64,000 bases of DNA, from assembly GCA_965198115.1 (NCBI GenBank), contig OZ240241.1, positions 6,432,001-6,496,000 of the forward strand. Direction: 5' to 3'. The notes under the pieces were generated by a model. It did no database searches and was not told where the DNA came from. It saw nothing but the letters and a program-made list of their open reading frames with translations. Below, in pieces: positions 9,425 to 19,976 of the stretch. Numbering within the stretch: the first letter of the stretch is position 1; each line of letters opens with the position of its first letter. The position numbers and the translations under genes were made by a program. This DNA comes from Candidatus Latescibacterota bacterium. GTDB lineage: Bacteria; Latescibacterota; UBA2968.

Positions 9425-9580
9425 GACCACGGAACACACGGAATACACGGACGGGGAGATCGACAAGGGAGGTGGCCCTGTTCGGGGATGACGCTCGGTG
9501 GCAGCTCCGCGGACGGGAAAAGATGACCACGAAAAACACGAAAGGGTGGCTGTGAAGACATCCGAGACCCTATTCGGGGA
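9425..9580 (+). repeat. Two tandem copies of a bipartite motif (CACGRA nonamer tract plus GRCCCTRTTCGGGGA)
   Basis: Copies at 9425-9488 and 9525-9580; others at 25595, 30646 and 57271. Confidence 0.7.
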
Positions 9581-9696
9581 CGGGATCGGGTGGAGACCCT
9601 ACGTTCGACGGGCTGGGGACCACGAGAAACCTGTCTGCGCAGAGCTTCTGCGGGCAGGCAGGAAGTAACGAACAGTGCTGTGTGTGGCCTAACGTC

Positions 9697-10113
9697 TCAG
9701 GAGAGGCCGACGCCGGGCCACTGATCGCTGCTGGCAGTGACGTCGATGGTGATTCCGTCGGGGTCCTCGACTTTGAAGGCGCCCTCTTCGAGGTTGTTGA
9801 CGTCCACGGGCACATTTCCGCCGAGGCCGTCTGAGAAGATTTCGTAACCCATATCGAGCAGGCGTTGAGCGGCCTGTTCGAGGTTGGGTACGCAGATGCC
9901 GATGTGAAGGTAGTCGAGCATTCCGCTGACGTGGTCGGGTCGTTCGGGACCGTTGTGCTGGAAGACGCGGAAGTTGTGATGACCATCGCTGAGGTCGTAG
10001 GATTGATCCCCTGGCTCGTTGACGACGGGGAGTTCGAGACCGTCACGCCAGAACCGGATGGTTTTGTCGATGTCGGTTGCGCGGACACCGATGTGAACGA
10101 GTGTTCCTGACAT
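9697..10113 (-). CDS. VOC/glyoxalase family protein
   Basis: HIGVRATDI..TIRFW; HIGICV; DPDGITID; SD AGGAGG. Confidence 0.85.
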   Translation of the reverse strand: MSGTLVHIGVRATDIDKTIRFWRDGLELPVVNEPGDQSYDLSDGHHNFRVFQHNGPERPDHVSGMLDYLHIGICVPNLEQAAQRLLDMGYEIFSDGLGGNVPVDVNNLEEGAFKVEDPDGITIDVTASSDQWPGVGLS

Positions 10114-10235
10114 TTTAGACCTCCTGTGTTTGGTGGTTCCCACCTCCGCGGAAGGGCGGCTTCCTCTCGACTTCGCTCGAGATAGGCTCCGGGTAGGTGG
10201 TGTTCAGGAAGAACATAAACAGATAGGCTCGAGGA

Positions 10236-11699
10236 CTAAAGGTAAACGTGAACGGCGATGTCATCGATGAATCCTGGCAGCTGGACCCATAGCTCGCCCT
10301 GCCGGATCTCGAACTTCTCGGTGCCAAGCGATCCCGATGCCGGGGAGAATGTTTCCACCGTATACTCTCCATCGGCGACATTCAGCCCGGCGACTCGAAG
10401 CTCCTGATAATCATAGTGCCGTCCTTGGACATCGGTTGCGGAAGAACAGTAGACGACAGCCTCCTGTGTTGAAGACAAGACGTACTGGTGATCGCCTGGC
10501 CCGGTCGTGATGTTTCCTCCGAACCAGAGGCTGCCGTAATCGATCAGACTGTTCCAGAACTCACGCAAGTGGGGCGCGGTTTCCTCAAAATTGTTGACGC
10601 CTTGTGGGTCGTAGTTCACGAAGTAACCGAATCCATCCTTGTCGCCCTTCGTGTAGAAATCCATCTGCTGGCATTTCGCCATCGTGAACTTCCAGAAATA
10701 CTTCCGCATTGCCACGGGATCGGCCTTGTCGTAGCGGTATTTCAACCTATTGTCGTCCCAGGCTTCCTGCGGTATGTAGGCTTTCCGATATTGTCGCCGC
10801 CACGCTACCGCGTTTTCCACGGTGTGGTGTTTGCCATAGATGATCGTGTTGAAGACGGGGTGTGCGTAAATCCGGTCCTGTTCATCGTCGGACAGGCCAC
10901 CCGTGTCGAAACCGATGATGAACTGTTTGGATGTCCGTTCGGCCCAGTGGGATCGCATCGTTTCCGCCATTTCAACGATCCACTGGCGGGTCTTCGGCCA
11001 GTCCCGGCGGTGCTCGGCGATTTCGTGAACCAGATCGAAGTAGACATTGTCCAGGTCGAACGTCGTGTCGATCACTTTTTCGAAATACGCCTTTTGTGCA
11101 CCGACGAGCTCCACTTTCCCGTCGGTCACCGAGTGGTAGATCGCGTATCTGTTTTCGAGATCGGGGCCTAAATGCGTGGTGAAGTCGTTGCAGTTGACCT
11201 GGGGGTTGAAGAAATGCCCTGGCCAGTTGATCTCGCCGTTCGTTCCCGGGGATGTGTCTGGCGCGCGCAATTGCCATCCATTCCACACCAGCAAGTGGAC
11301 GATGATCCCCCTGCTCTGCAGGAATTCCAGCTGTTCTCGAAATCGTGACCAGAATCGCTCGTCGAACTGGGCAAGATCGAATCTGCGGCTACAGGGTTCA
11401 GTTTCCCGGTATGGGAAGAGACATTTGGCGACATCACCGCCGTTCATCTCAGTCGTCTTTACGATGTGTTTCCAGCTGAGCGGGAGATAGGCTCGGATGT
11501 GGTTCATTCCGTGATCGGCCAACCACGTTGCCCACCGTTTGTAGTCGTAGGCATCCTCGTTCAAGTAAAACGTGACGTCCGCCATTCCGCCAAAGGACAG
11601 CAGCGGCTTCCCATTGTGCAGGAAGTGTGCGCGCTCGGTTCCTGCTTCGGTGATTTCCAGTCCGGCTCGGGCCTGTTGTATCATTTTGTCTGCATCCAA
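10236..11699 (-). CDS. Putative clan-A glycoside hydrolase-like TIM-barrel protein with a C-terminal beta domain
   Basis: LADHGMNHIR, FDL..FDERFW.R, NVYFDLVHE; DUF4038/DUF6298-like. Confidence 0.5.
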   Translation of the reverse strand: MDADKMIQQARAGLEITEAGTERAHFLHNGKPLLSFGGMADVTFYLNEDAYDYKRWATWLADHGMNHIRAYLPLSWKHIVKTTEMNGGDVAKCLFPYRETEPCSRRFDLAQFDERFWSRFREQLEFLQSRGIIVHLLVWNGWQLRAPDTSPGTNGEINWPGHFFNPQVNCNDFTTHLGPDLENRYAIYHSVTDGKVELVGAQKAYFEKVIDTTFDLDNVYFDLVHEIAEHRRDWPKTRQWIVEMAETMRSHWAERTSKQFIIGFDTGGLSDDEQDRIYAHPVFNTIIYGKHHTVENAVAWRRQYRKAYIPQEAWDDNRLKYRYDKADPVAMRKYFWKFTMAKCQQMDFYTKGDKDGFGYFVNYDPQGVNNFEETAPHLREFWNSLIDYGSLWFGGNITTGPGDHQYVLSSTQEAVVYCSSATDVQGRHYDYQELRVAGLNVADGEYTVETFSPASGSLGTEKFEIRQGELWVQLPGFIDDIAVHVYL

Positions 11700-11723
11700 A
11701 GTGGAGTCAGAGAACGGGCTGAC

Positions 11724-12432
11724 TCATCGAAAGCCTTTCCGAGCCCGTATACACACGAAAGATGGGCGCGTCGAGAGGCGGTCATAAGTCTCGGGATGCG
11801 CTGCTCTGCAAGCTTCGACAGGACGGGGTTCCGCCAGTGTGTCCAGTCGAAATCCACTCTTGATGAGCGGATTCAGAATGGCGTCAATCGGCCGTCGATA
11901 ATAGGGGATGACGGTGTCAAAGCTCGGGAATCGCTCCTCGATGAGTTCAGTTTCGAAATAGCTGCCACCGTGTTTGGTGTAGTCGTGTGCGGGGTGGCCG
12001 AGGGAAAACAGGAGCGTGCCACCCACTTCGAGCACCCTGGAAAACTCGGCGAATACGGAGGCGAGAGCCTCGACGTGGTCCAACGCAAGCGCACAGACGA
12101 CGATGTCGACGCACTCGCCATCGAGGAAGTCCAGGGGGTCGATCAAGTTGTGAACTCTGACTTCGGCTTTTCCATCGAGCCGATCGGCGGCGGTCGCGAA
12201 ATCTTCGGGCTGGCGTCGAACGAAACGACGTTCACTCCTTGGTTCACCAACCACTCCGAGTAGTATCCCGAACCGCATCCAGGGCTTGAAGCCCCTTCAC
12301 GTCGGGCATCAATTCGACCATACACGGTCGTTCGCAGTAGGCGTTGTGTGCCGACTGCTGCGCGTGCGGTTCGTATCAATCCGCGATCTGATCGTATGAT
12401 TCGACGGTGCGCTGGTACGTGCGAGTGTCCAT
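11724..12432 (-). pseudogene. Class I SAM methyltransferase pseudogene
   Basis: ATG 12432 MDTRTYQ..., in-frame TGA at 12376-12378, frameshift inside LDA/GCGSG (about 12280), second frameshift near 12200; intact C-terminal part. Confidence 0.8.
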
Positions 12433-12444
12433 TCGTGGTCCCCT

Positions 12445-13422
12445 CTACAGCAAGTAACCCTTCGCTTGCATCGTCCGGGTTGACATCCAGTCGAAGGCAG
12501 GATGTTCGCCTGGCAGGAGAAGGCCTACGATCTTCTTCGAGAGGGCCTCTGCCGTATCGCTTCGCCACGTGTTCGTCAGGATAGCTACGCCAGATCGCCT
12601 CGCACGTGACCATATCACCAGGTTCGTGAACTGTCCCCGGCCGTGGTGCCAATACCATACCTCATTCGTATCAACCGACTTCTCGATGCCCCGGCCCAGC
12701 GACCAGCCAATGCCCCCATCGAGCTCGACCTGAGGAGTCAGCATCGTCTCGACAACCGAGGTGGCCGTTCTCGACGAACCCATCAGGTTCGCGACGAAAC
12801 GTAGGATATCGATCGGTGTCGCGTAGAGGCTGGCCGCGGCGTTGGGGAAGGCGTGAATGCGTTTCGGACCCGATCGATCGGTCGGCCGATCCTCCAGATC
12901 GTGACCCGACGCCGCCAGCTTCTCGAAGTTCGACCGCCAGATGTAACTCGCGCTCGTCATCCCGAGAGGATCGAACAGCTCGCTTCGGGCGAGCTTGTCG
13001 AGGTCCTGGCCTGACAGATGTTCGACAACGCGCTGGAGCCAGAAGTAGCCTTCGCCCGAGTAGAGAAAGCGCTCGCCTGGCGCCGCCACGGGTTCAAAGC
13101 CTTCCCGAACCACCCCGCCTCCCTTCAGCCGTTCGGTCAGATCCGGATACCAGTTCGGGAGCCCACCGGTATGACAGAGCACCTGCCTGGCCGTGATGTT
13201 CTGAAAAGGAGGTGGCAGATCGATGAAGCGACTCAGGGCAGTGCCGAGGTCGAGATCTCCCTGGTCGCAGAGCGAGAGGGCGAGGAAGGCGGAGACAGGT
13301 TTGCTGATCGAGCACGTGTGGAAGATCGTTTCGTCGGTAACGGGCAGTTGCGTGATAGTGTTCGTTACGCCGAAGCTGCCCGTTGTGGAGACCTTGCCGT
13401 CTTCGACGAGTGCGATTCCCAA
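12445..13422 (-). CDS. Serine hydrolase, class C beta-lactamase family
   Basis: SxxK (SISK), LCHTGG, FLYSGEGY, HHG. True start may lie up to about 75 nt upstream. Confidence 0.85.
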   Translation of the reverse strand: MGIALVEDGKVSTTGSFGVTNTITQLPVTDETIFHTCSISKPVSAFLALSLCDQGDLDLGTALSRFIDLPPPFQNITARQVLCHTGGLPNWYPDLTERLKGGGVVREGFEPVAAPGERFLYSGEGYFWLQRVVEHLSGQDLDKLARSELFDPLGMTSASYIWRSNFEKLAASGHDLEDRPTDRSGPKRIHAFPNAAASLYATPIDILRFVANLMGSSRTATSVVETMLTPQVELDGGIGWSLGRGIEKSVDTNEVWYWHHGRGQFTNLVIWSRARRSGVAILTNTWRSDTAEALSKKIVGLLLPGEHPAFDWMSTRTMQAKGYLL

Positions 13423-13495
13423 GCCGGGGATCCCAGACGCCGAAAACAGCTCCCCGATCCGGTTTTCCAGATAGTTCTGCGGTCGCGCGGACAGA

Positions 13496-14479
13496 TCAGG
13501 CTCCCTCTCGATACAGCTTTCGGATAACGTCTTCGATGTCGGGTTCCCGCACGGACACGTCGTGGATCTCGAATCGACTCGACAGGTCGGCGATCAGGGC
13601 GGATGCACTGACCTCACGCCGATCGAATCGGATGCGGATGTGTTCATCGTGTGTCTCTATGACTTCGGCTGACGGATAGTCGTAATTTGAGAGATCGCTG
13701 ACTGCGCCTTCGACCAGCAAGTATCTGTAGGGGGCGATTCCATCGACGAGGTTCTGAAGCGGCCCGTCGGCGATGATGCGTCCCTTGTTGATCACGATGA
13801 CCCGATGGCACAATTCCTCCACGTCGCCAAGGTCGTGGGTCGTCAACAGGATGGTCGTCTGTTGAACGCGGTTAATGTCCTGGATAAATGTCCGGATAGC
13901 GGCTTTGACTTCGACGTCCATCCCGATGGTCGGTTCGTCTAGAAACAGGATGGAGGGCGAATGAATCATCGCGGCTGCCAGCTCTCCCCGCATTCGCTGG
14001 CCGAGCGACAGCTGGCGGACCGGAATGTCCATCAGATCCGCGATTCCGACGACGTCGGACAACATCTCGATGCTTTGGGCGAACTGGTCTTCGGATATTC
14101 GGTAAATTCGCCTGATGAGCTCGAACGACTCGCCGAGTCGGAGGTCCCAGAACAGCTGCGTGCGCTGTCCGAAGACGACACCGATGTTGCCTACGACAGC
14201 CTTTCTGTCGTCCTGCGGCGATATGCCGTCGATCGAAATGCTGCCCGACGTAGGATACAGAATTCCCGAGAGCATTTTGATGGTCGTGCTTTTGCCGGCA
14301 CCGTTCGGTCCAATGAAGCCGACGATCTCACCACGTTCGATCTCGAAATTCACGTCGATGACTGCTTCGATTTCTTCCCGGTCCGGTTTCACCAGTCCCT
14401 TAAAGGCGCCGGACAGACCCTTCTGTTTCTTTGTGATCCGATAGGTTTTGCAGACGTTCTGGAGTCCAATCAGTGCCAA
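13496..14479 (-). CDS. ABC-2 type exporter ATP-binding protein
   Basis: GPNGAGKST, LSLGQR, LFLDEPT; TTG start after GGAGG. Confidence 0.92.
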   Translation of the reverse strand: MALIGLQNVCKTYRITKKQKGLSGAFKGLVKPDREEIEAVIDVNFEIERGEIVGFIGPNGAGKSTTIKMLSGILYPTSGSISIDGISPQDDRKAVVGNIGVVFGQRTQLFWDLRLGESFELIRRIYRISEDQFAQSIEMLSDVVGIADLMDIPVRQLSLGQRMRGELAAAMIHSPSILFLDEPTIGMDVEVKAAIRTFIQDINRVQQTTILLTTHDLGDVEELCHRVIVINKGRIIADGPLQNLVDGIAPYRYLLVEGAVSDLSNYDYPSAEVIETHDEHIRIRFDRREVSASALIADLSSRFEIHDVSVREPDIEDVIRKLYREGA

Positions 14480-14493
14480 CGTTCTGCCTCCTG

Positions 14494-15309
14494 CTATGAT
14501 CCTGCACTCTCGTAGTTGCGTAATCCCTTGCGGAACAATGCCATCGCGATCGAGAACATCACGATCCCAACGAGGGGTGTCCAGAGGGCGATGTCGAGGG
14601 GCAGGGACGAGCGGTCGTTTTGCCCCAGGAAATCGCAGGCCGGATAGAAGCTGATGAATCCGATGGGCAGGATGAAGGTCATGATCATCTGTAGCGCCCA
14701 GGGGTAGATCGTCAGAGGATAGAAGGTCCCCCTCGACAGGACTTCCATACTGGAATCGACTAGGGGTTGGCTTCGTTTCGTCCAAAATGCCACACTGCTG
14801 ATGATCGTGAAGTAGGACCAGTAGATAAACGATGCGCCGACGATCACGAGACAGACCTGGGCGAAGTTGGACAGCGTCCAGGCGAAGTGCGCGAGGTGCG
14901 CGCCATAGAGGAAGTAGCCGAGACCGATCGTCAGGTGAACGAACCCGACCACGTTGATTCGGTTGATGGCGAACTGGAACGCCACCCCCATCGGTCTCAC
15001 AAGGAGCCGGTCGAACTCGCCGTGCGTGACGTATCGATCGATCTGTCTGGACTGGAAGGAGATGATGGACATCACGCCGCGGCTGGTCAGTCCGAGTCCA
15101 TACAGGAACACCAGCTGTGGAAAGGTCCATCCGGACAGGGGCTGGAAATTGTCGACGAGCAGCTTGAGCGAGACACCGATCCATATGTAGGTGAATCCCA
15201 ACGAGAACGTGATGCCCACCAACGAAAACGGGTATTCCAGCACGCGCTGAACGGCGAACCTCACGTAGATCGAGGCGACGGACCAATGGTGACCGATGGT
15301 GTTGATCAT
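14494..15309 (-). CDS. ABC-2 family permease
   Basis: GEFDRLLVRP, YPLTIYP, 6 TM segments. Confidence 0.88.
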   Translation of the reverse strand: MINTIGHHWSVASIYVRFAVQRVLEYPFSLVGITFSLGFTYIWIGVSLKLLVDNFQPLSGWTFPQLVFLYGLGLTSRGVMSIISFQSRQIDRYVTHGEFDRLLVRPMGVAFQFAINRINVVGFVHLTIGLGYFLYGAHLAHFAWTLSNFAQVCLVIVGASFIYWSYFTIISSVAFWTKRSQPLVDSSMEVLSRGTFYPLTIYPWALQMIMTFILPIGFISFYPACDFLGQNDRSSLPLDIALWTPLVGIVMFSIAMALFRKGLRNYESAGS

Positions 15310-15313
15310 CGTC

Positions 15314-16108
15314 TCACCCCCCCTGAACGATCACTCTGCGACGAGCCCTTCGCCACACGAATGACAGGAGGATTGCGAAGCCGAGGATCCAGGCAGCCTG
15401 GATTGCGAGGATCGAAAGGGCATCGATGGGGGGAATTCGACCGATGTAGATTTCGAGCGGTGTCTGATACGTGTACTGAAAGGGCAGATAGCGTGAGGCG
15501 TTTTGAATGAAGTCGGGAAAGAGCCAGAGTGGGATCAGCTGTCCGGAAAGGATACGGATCATCACGTTCTTGATATGGCCGATATTTCCGAATTCGATGA
15601 CCCAGAAGGCTGTAAAACCGACCAGCGCCGAGATCTGCCAAAGCATCCCGTAACTGAGCAGGCAACTCGGGATGAATAAGAGACCCCCGGTCAGGGTTGA
15701 CGGCGCGGGCACCTTGAGCAGCAAGACCGCGATCAGGAGTACGGGGAGACAGAACTTCGTGATCGCAGTGAGCGACTTTCCCAGATCTTCAGCCAGCCAG
15801 AGTAGCGGAAGAGAGACGGGTCGGATGAAGTCGATCGCGATCTGACCTTCACGAATCTTGCCGAGAATCGTGCCGTCGACCGAGATCTGAAACAACGCCC
15901 GCATCAGGACCGATACGATGGCGTAAGTGATCATTTGCTCTTCGACGACACCGCCAACGGCATCGATCCCACGATACGCCGATTTCCAGAGATACACAGT
16001 TCCGAACAGAAAGAACGTGTTGGTGCCGAGAGACGAGAGAAACTCGAAACGGTAGGCCAGACCCTGGAGGATCTGGAGTTTCAGGACGTAGGTGTAGAGG
16101 GCTGTCAT
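15314..16108 (-). CDS. ABC-2 family permease
   Basis: IREGQIA..FIRP, SGQLIPL..FP, ends VQGG. Confidence 0.88.
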   Translation of the reverse strand: MTALYTYVLKLQILQGLAYRFEFLSSLGTNTFFLFGTVYLWKSAYRGIDAVGGVVEEQMITYAIVSVLMRALFQISVDGTILGKIREGQIAIDFIRPVSLPLLWLAEDLGKSLTAITKFCLPVLLIAVLLLKVPAPSTLTGGLLFIPSCLLSYGMLWQISALVGFTAFWVIEFGNIGHIKNVMIRILSGQLIPLWLFPDFIQNASRYLPFQYTYQTPLEIYIGRIPPIDALSILAIQAAWILGFAILLSFVWRRARRRVIVQGG

Positions 16109-16154
16109 TGGGAAGGTAGCGTGCCGGCGCCAGCTTCGCTGAGAGGTGAAGATT

Positions 16155-16258
16155 TGTCATCCCGGCAGGCGTTTGAGCCGGGACCCATTTTTCGCCCCAC
16201 GTTTGCTGTGCGCGATGTGGCAGAATGGACCCCGGCTAAGAAGCGTACCGGGGCGACA
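16155..16258. repeat. Family A REP-doublet-like element, copy 3
   Basis: TGTCATCCCGGC..GCCGGGACCCAT / ATGGACCCCGGC..TACCGGGGCGACA. Confidence 0.8.
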
Positions 16259-16449
16259 AGCGTGTGCCTTCGTTTAACGTTGGTTCGAGTTTCACAAGGG
16301 CAACCTCGCCTTCTCACGATAGTGAGACCATCTCCGAGGGCCCATTGTTTCCTTATGCAATCGCTAATGATTTAGACCCATTCGAGCGCGAGTTGGTTGG
16401 TGGAACGAAAGCAAGAGAACAATGCAATAAATGCAGCGCCTGATTTCCG

Positions 16450-16965
16450 TCACTCGCATCGTACCAAGCGACGAATCTCCGCGCAAAGAGCTTCCTTGCC
16501 GTCCATGTAGGCCTGGCGATCGTTGTCGTGTCTCTCGCAGAACTCCCACTTGAGATCGCTCAGTCGACGAACGTAGTCCGGGTTCTGACGAAGAAAATCG
16601 CGGAAGGCGAGATGGCGCTTCAGTTCAGGGCTGGATTCGGGACAGACGTAGGGATGGTGCTTCTGCAGGCTGACTTTGAGATCGCGATCGGACAGGTCGA
16701 AAGCATCATGCGCCGGGATACCGAGGTCACCCTGATGGAAGTAGCCGAGCGTTGCCATCAGATCGATCGCGTTCTGGAGCGTGTCGTCTGGAATGACGAT
16801 GTCGAGATCGATGATCGGCTTGGCCGTCATTCCAGGGACGGAGGTGCTGCCGATGTGTTCGATCGATAGGACGTGCCCTTCGAGCTTTGACATCAGGCGT
16901 GTTTGCAGCGTCTCGAACCAGACGGGCCACGCATCGTTGTAGCGTTCAACGAGGGTGACGGGCAC
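16450..16965 (-). CDS. GrpB/UPF0157 nucleotidyltransferase-like protein
   Basis: IEHIGSTSVPG..AKPIIDLD; HLAFRDFLR; Y..GK. Confidence 0.88.
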   Translation of the reverse strand: MPVTLVERYNDAWPVWFETLQTRLMSKLEGHVLSIEHIGSTSVPGMTAKPIIDLDIVIPDDTLQNAIDLMATLGYFHQGDLGIPAHDAFDLSDRDLKVSLQKHHPYVCPESSPELKRHLAFRDFLRQNPDYVRRLSDLKWEFCERHDNDRQAYMDGKEALCAEIRRLVRCE

Positions 16966-16972
16966 GCGCGTC

Positions 16973-17722
16973 CTACGCCAACTCGTCGATGACAAATCTG
17001 CGGAACAGCTGTTTTTCGCGTTCGGACAAACCGTCGAACACGGACCGCGGAATGGGATGTGCATCGACGCGCTCGCGGGTATACCAGTTCCGCATAAAGC
17101 TGGTCACGGCGACCGGGCGCGGGGTGTCCGTCTGGTTAGGAGATCCGCGATGGAGGCATCGAGGGTCACGGATGAGCACGTCTCCGACGTTCATCAAGAG
17201 TGGCGTGAGAGGCATTTCGCCAGCTTCGATCCTGGTGATCGTTTCTGCTTTAGGGAGGCGATGCGTCGCCTCTGCGATTTGGAAAGGACCGCGTTCGGGT
17301 GTGACGTCGACATAGGGCCAGTTCATCGCGAGCAACGCGGGTGGGTGAGAGAGATCGGGCTCCTCGTCAAACAGCAGACCCAGGTCCGAGTGGATCTCTT
17401 GGTGAACCGAGTCTTTGAAGGGGGTATCGGATGCGAACTGATCGATGATGACGCGCTCGCCCAGGATCTCGGAGACGATGGTGAAGACGTCATCATCATC
17501 GAAGATCGCGGGGTTGTAGAGTGGGGGCTTCAGGGGAAGCGGGATGTAGTGCCGATTGGGGCCCCGGTTCGGGTTGTCGGCGTGCTCGGTAAGATAGGCC
17601 TCGGCGATGGTCTCGAACTCGATTCGGCAGGCTTCGATAGCATTGACTGGAAAGTGGGCGCGAAGGACGCAGTAGCCGATTTCACGGATCTGTTGGACGC
17701 AGGCTGTGGTGTCGATGCTCAC
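16973..17722 (-). CDS. PhyH-family dioxygenase
   Basis: QEIHSD; GDVLIRD.RCLHRG..N. Confidence 0.85.
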   Translation of the reverse strand: MSIDTTACVQQIREIGYCVLRAHFPVNAIEACRIEFETIAEAYLTEHADNPNRGPNRHYIPLPLKPPLYNPAIFDDDDVFTIVSEILGERVIIDQFASDTPFKDSVHQEIHSDLGLLFDEEPDLSHPPALLAMNWPYVDVTPERGPFQIAEATHRLPKAETITRIEAGEMPLTPLLMNVGDVLIRDPRCLHRGSPNQTDTPRPVAVTSFMRNWYTRERVDAHPIPRSVFDGLSEREKQLFRRFVIDELA

Positions 17723-18138
17723 GGCAAGTGGTCCTCACCGAGATCCCAGATGCCGGGCGACGTGATCTCCAGGCTGTTGCCCGAAGGGTCGCGGAAGTAG
17801 ATCGATCGACTGCCTTGCCATTCGATTTCCTTCTCGATGGTCACGCCACGCGCAGACAGATGCTCCTTCCAGCCATCGATTTCCAGATCTCTCACGGCAA
17901 ATGCGACGTGTCCAGCGCCTTCTGCCCCGTGCGCGGGCGCGTCCTGGGATCCGTCGAGTGGATGGGTTGTCACGCTGGCGTTGAAGAGCAGGAGCATTCG
18001 CCGACCGCATTGAAAGAAGAGGTGACGATCGGGCGCTTTGGCGTGAAGTTCGAGGCCGAGAATCTCAGTGTAGAATTCCTCGGCTGCTTCGATGTCGGTC
18101 ACGTAAAGCGAGGATTCGAGAAGCTCAGTGAGGTTCAT
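17719..18138 (-). CDS. VOC/glyoxalase family protein
   Basis: LYVTDI.AAEEFY; GHVAF; YFRDPSGNSLE. Confidence 0.88.
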   Translation of the reverse strand: MNLTELLESSLYVTDIEAAEEFYTEILGLELHAKAPDRHLFFQCGRRMLLLFNASVTTHPLDGSQDAPAHGAEGAGHVAFAVRDLEIDGWKEHLSARGVTIEKEIEWQGSRSIYFRDPSGNSLEITSPGIWDLGEDHLP

Positions 18139-18169
18139 AATCTATCGCAAGTTTTCATCTACGGTGTGT

Positions 18170-19730
18170 TCACCGGCGCCGGCGCCGCCTGTCCTCACGA
18201 TCTGGGTCCGGTCCGGCATACGGTGCGTGCTCGAACCGGCAGGGCTCCTCGACGACGCGGGGATCATCCTGCTCCCTCAAGAGGGCCATCAGCCGATCGT
18301 AGTGCTCCTTCTTGGGGACGTCGTATTCCGGGTCGTCAGCCAGGTTGTTCATGTAGTGCGGGTCGACCCGCAGGTCGTAGAACTCCTCCTGAGGTCGCTT
18401 ACCGAAAACCGAGATCGAAGGCGCGCTGGACGTTGGCTTCCGCACGATGATGAATCAGCCACGCCTTCGTGGGGCTGGCGTCCAGGTCGGGGTACGCAGC
18501 GTAGGTTACCTGCTCGATCTCTTCCCAGGATGGGGGTTCGGCGTTCGGGTCGTCCAGACCGTTGGGATTGCCCGCAGGCCAGCGATCGGGGGCGAAGTTG
18601 TGGACGTAGAGGAAGTCCTGCGTCCGAATCGCACGCTGGGGATACGGCAGGTTGCCGTCACGGGCGACGGAAACGTGACGTTCGCGCCCGGTGACGACAA
18701 GGGTGCGATCGGGATCGATCTGGCCGCTCGCCTCGCTCCGGAAGACGGGGAGCAGGCTCTTGCCGGTCATTGTGTCGGGAATCGGGACCTCTGCTGCTTC
18801 CATAAATGTAGGGGCGAGGTCCATCAGGTTGACGAAGTCGTCGATAACGCGGTCCGGCGGGATGTGTCCCGGCCATCGTGCGGCCATTGCGACTTCGCAG
18901 CCGATGTCGTAGAGGTTGCACTTGGCACGAGGGAAACCGGGGATGCCGTGGTCTCCGCTGACGACGATGAGTGTGTTGTCGAGTTCCCCGATTGCTTCGA
19001 GTCGCTCGAGGATGACGCCGAGCCCTCCGTCAAAGGCCATACACTCGCCGAGGTAGTCGGCGACGTCCTCGCGGATGTCGTGGACGTCGGGTAGGAATTC
19101 GGGGAGTCGGCCCTTCAGATCGTCAGGTTCGAGCCCCCACAAACCCTTGCCTGATCCTTTCTGCCACTTCCGATGCGTGTTCGTCGGACCCCACCAATAA
19201 CAGAAGGGAGCGCCCTCCGGTCTTGCTTCGAGGAACGCGTTGAAGTTTTGGCGCGTCTCATCGTAGAGCTCTTCTTTCGCGGCTTCGACGCCAACCTCTT
19301 CAGCTCGCTCCGTCGCACGAAACGAAAACTGGCTGAAGCGTGTTCCAGCAGATTCGTAGGCGGTCCGTTCTGCGCCGTAGGGCGCATTTCTGGTCTCACC
19401 AGGTGACCAGACTTTGTAGGTGTAGCCGATGTGATAGCCGGCCTTCTCGAACTCGAGCGGATAGGTGGGGATCGATTCGTCCCATCGGGCACCGGCGAGA
19501 ATGGCTCCCATTCCCGTTTGCCAGAAGTACTGCCCGGAGAGGATCGAGCTGCGACAAGGAGTACAGCTGGGTGCGGGGACGAACGTGTTCGTGAAGATGG
19601 CACCTTCGCGGGCAACGCGATCGAAGTTTGGCGTATCGATCAATGCGTTGAGAGAATTGGGCCTTTCGAACTGTTCGTAAGCGCTGGCGTAGCGACCCCA
19701 ATCGTCGGCGAAGGCGAAGACAATGTTCAT
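18170..19730 (-). CDS. Sulfatase with a single frameshift at about 18405-18408
   Basis: [18 protein letters not shown]. The C-terminus [11 protein letters not shown] lies in another frame after GGTTTTCGG (one extra T). Confidence 0.85.
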
Positions 19731-19744
19731 CGGAGACCCTTCAG

Positions 19745-19825
19745 TGACCAGTGACAGGTGACCATTGACCCGTGACCAGAGTTAGTGGGCAGATGACCAG
19801 AGGACAGAAAGACAGATGACAGAAA
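19745..19825. repeat. Tandem heptamer arrays (TGACNNN)x5 and CAGA-type units
   Basis: TGACCAG TGACAGG TGACCAT TGACCCG TGACCAG, then cagatga/cagagga/cagaaaga/cagatga. Confidence 0.75.
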
Positions 19826-19829
19826 TCAA

Positions 19830-19970
19830 TGTCATTCCGGTAGGACTTTGAGAGCCCGCCCCGGCTTGTCTCTGGCCGGGGGATCCATTTTACACCGCAT
19901 TCCACGAAGATCAAAGTGGACCCTCCCTCACGTTCGTTCGGGACAGGCTCTCAAGGGTACCGGGGTGACA
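19830..19970. repeat. Family A element, copy 4, carrying nested modules
   Basis: TGTCATTCCGG...TACCGGGGTGACA with internal CCCTCACGTTCGTTCGGGACAGGC (19925-19948). Confidence 0.75.
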
Positions 19971-19976
19971 GTATTC

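Noticed and set aside
9425-9600. CRISPR array
   Set aside because: Only two degenerate units with irregular spacing, and no cas genes in the window.
12376-12378. In-frame TGA as selenocysteine or recoding
   Set aside because: The same gene has two further frameshifts, the position suits TGG (Trp), and TGA is used as a stop throughout the window.
14480-15286. Long N-terminal extension on the ABC ATPase (596-aa ORF)
   Set aside because: It overlaps the permease in another frame and is Arg-rich junk; a clear SD plus TTG lies at 14479.
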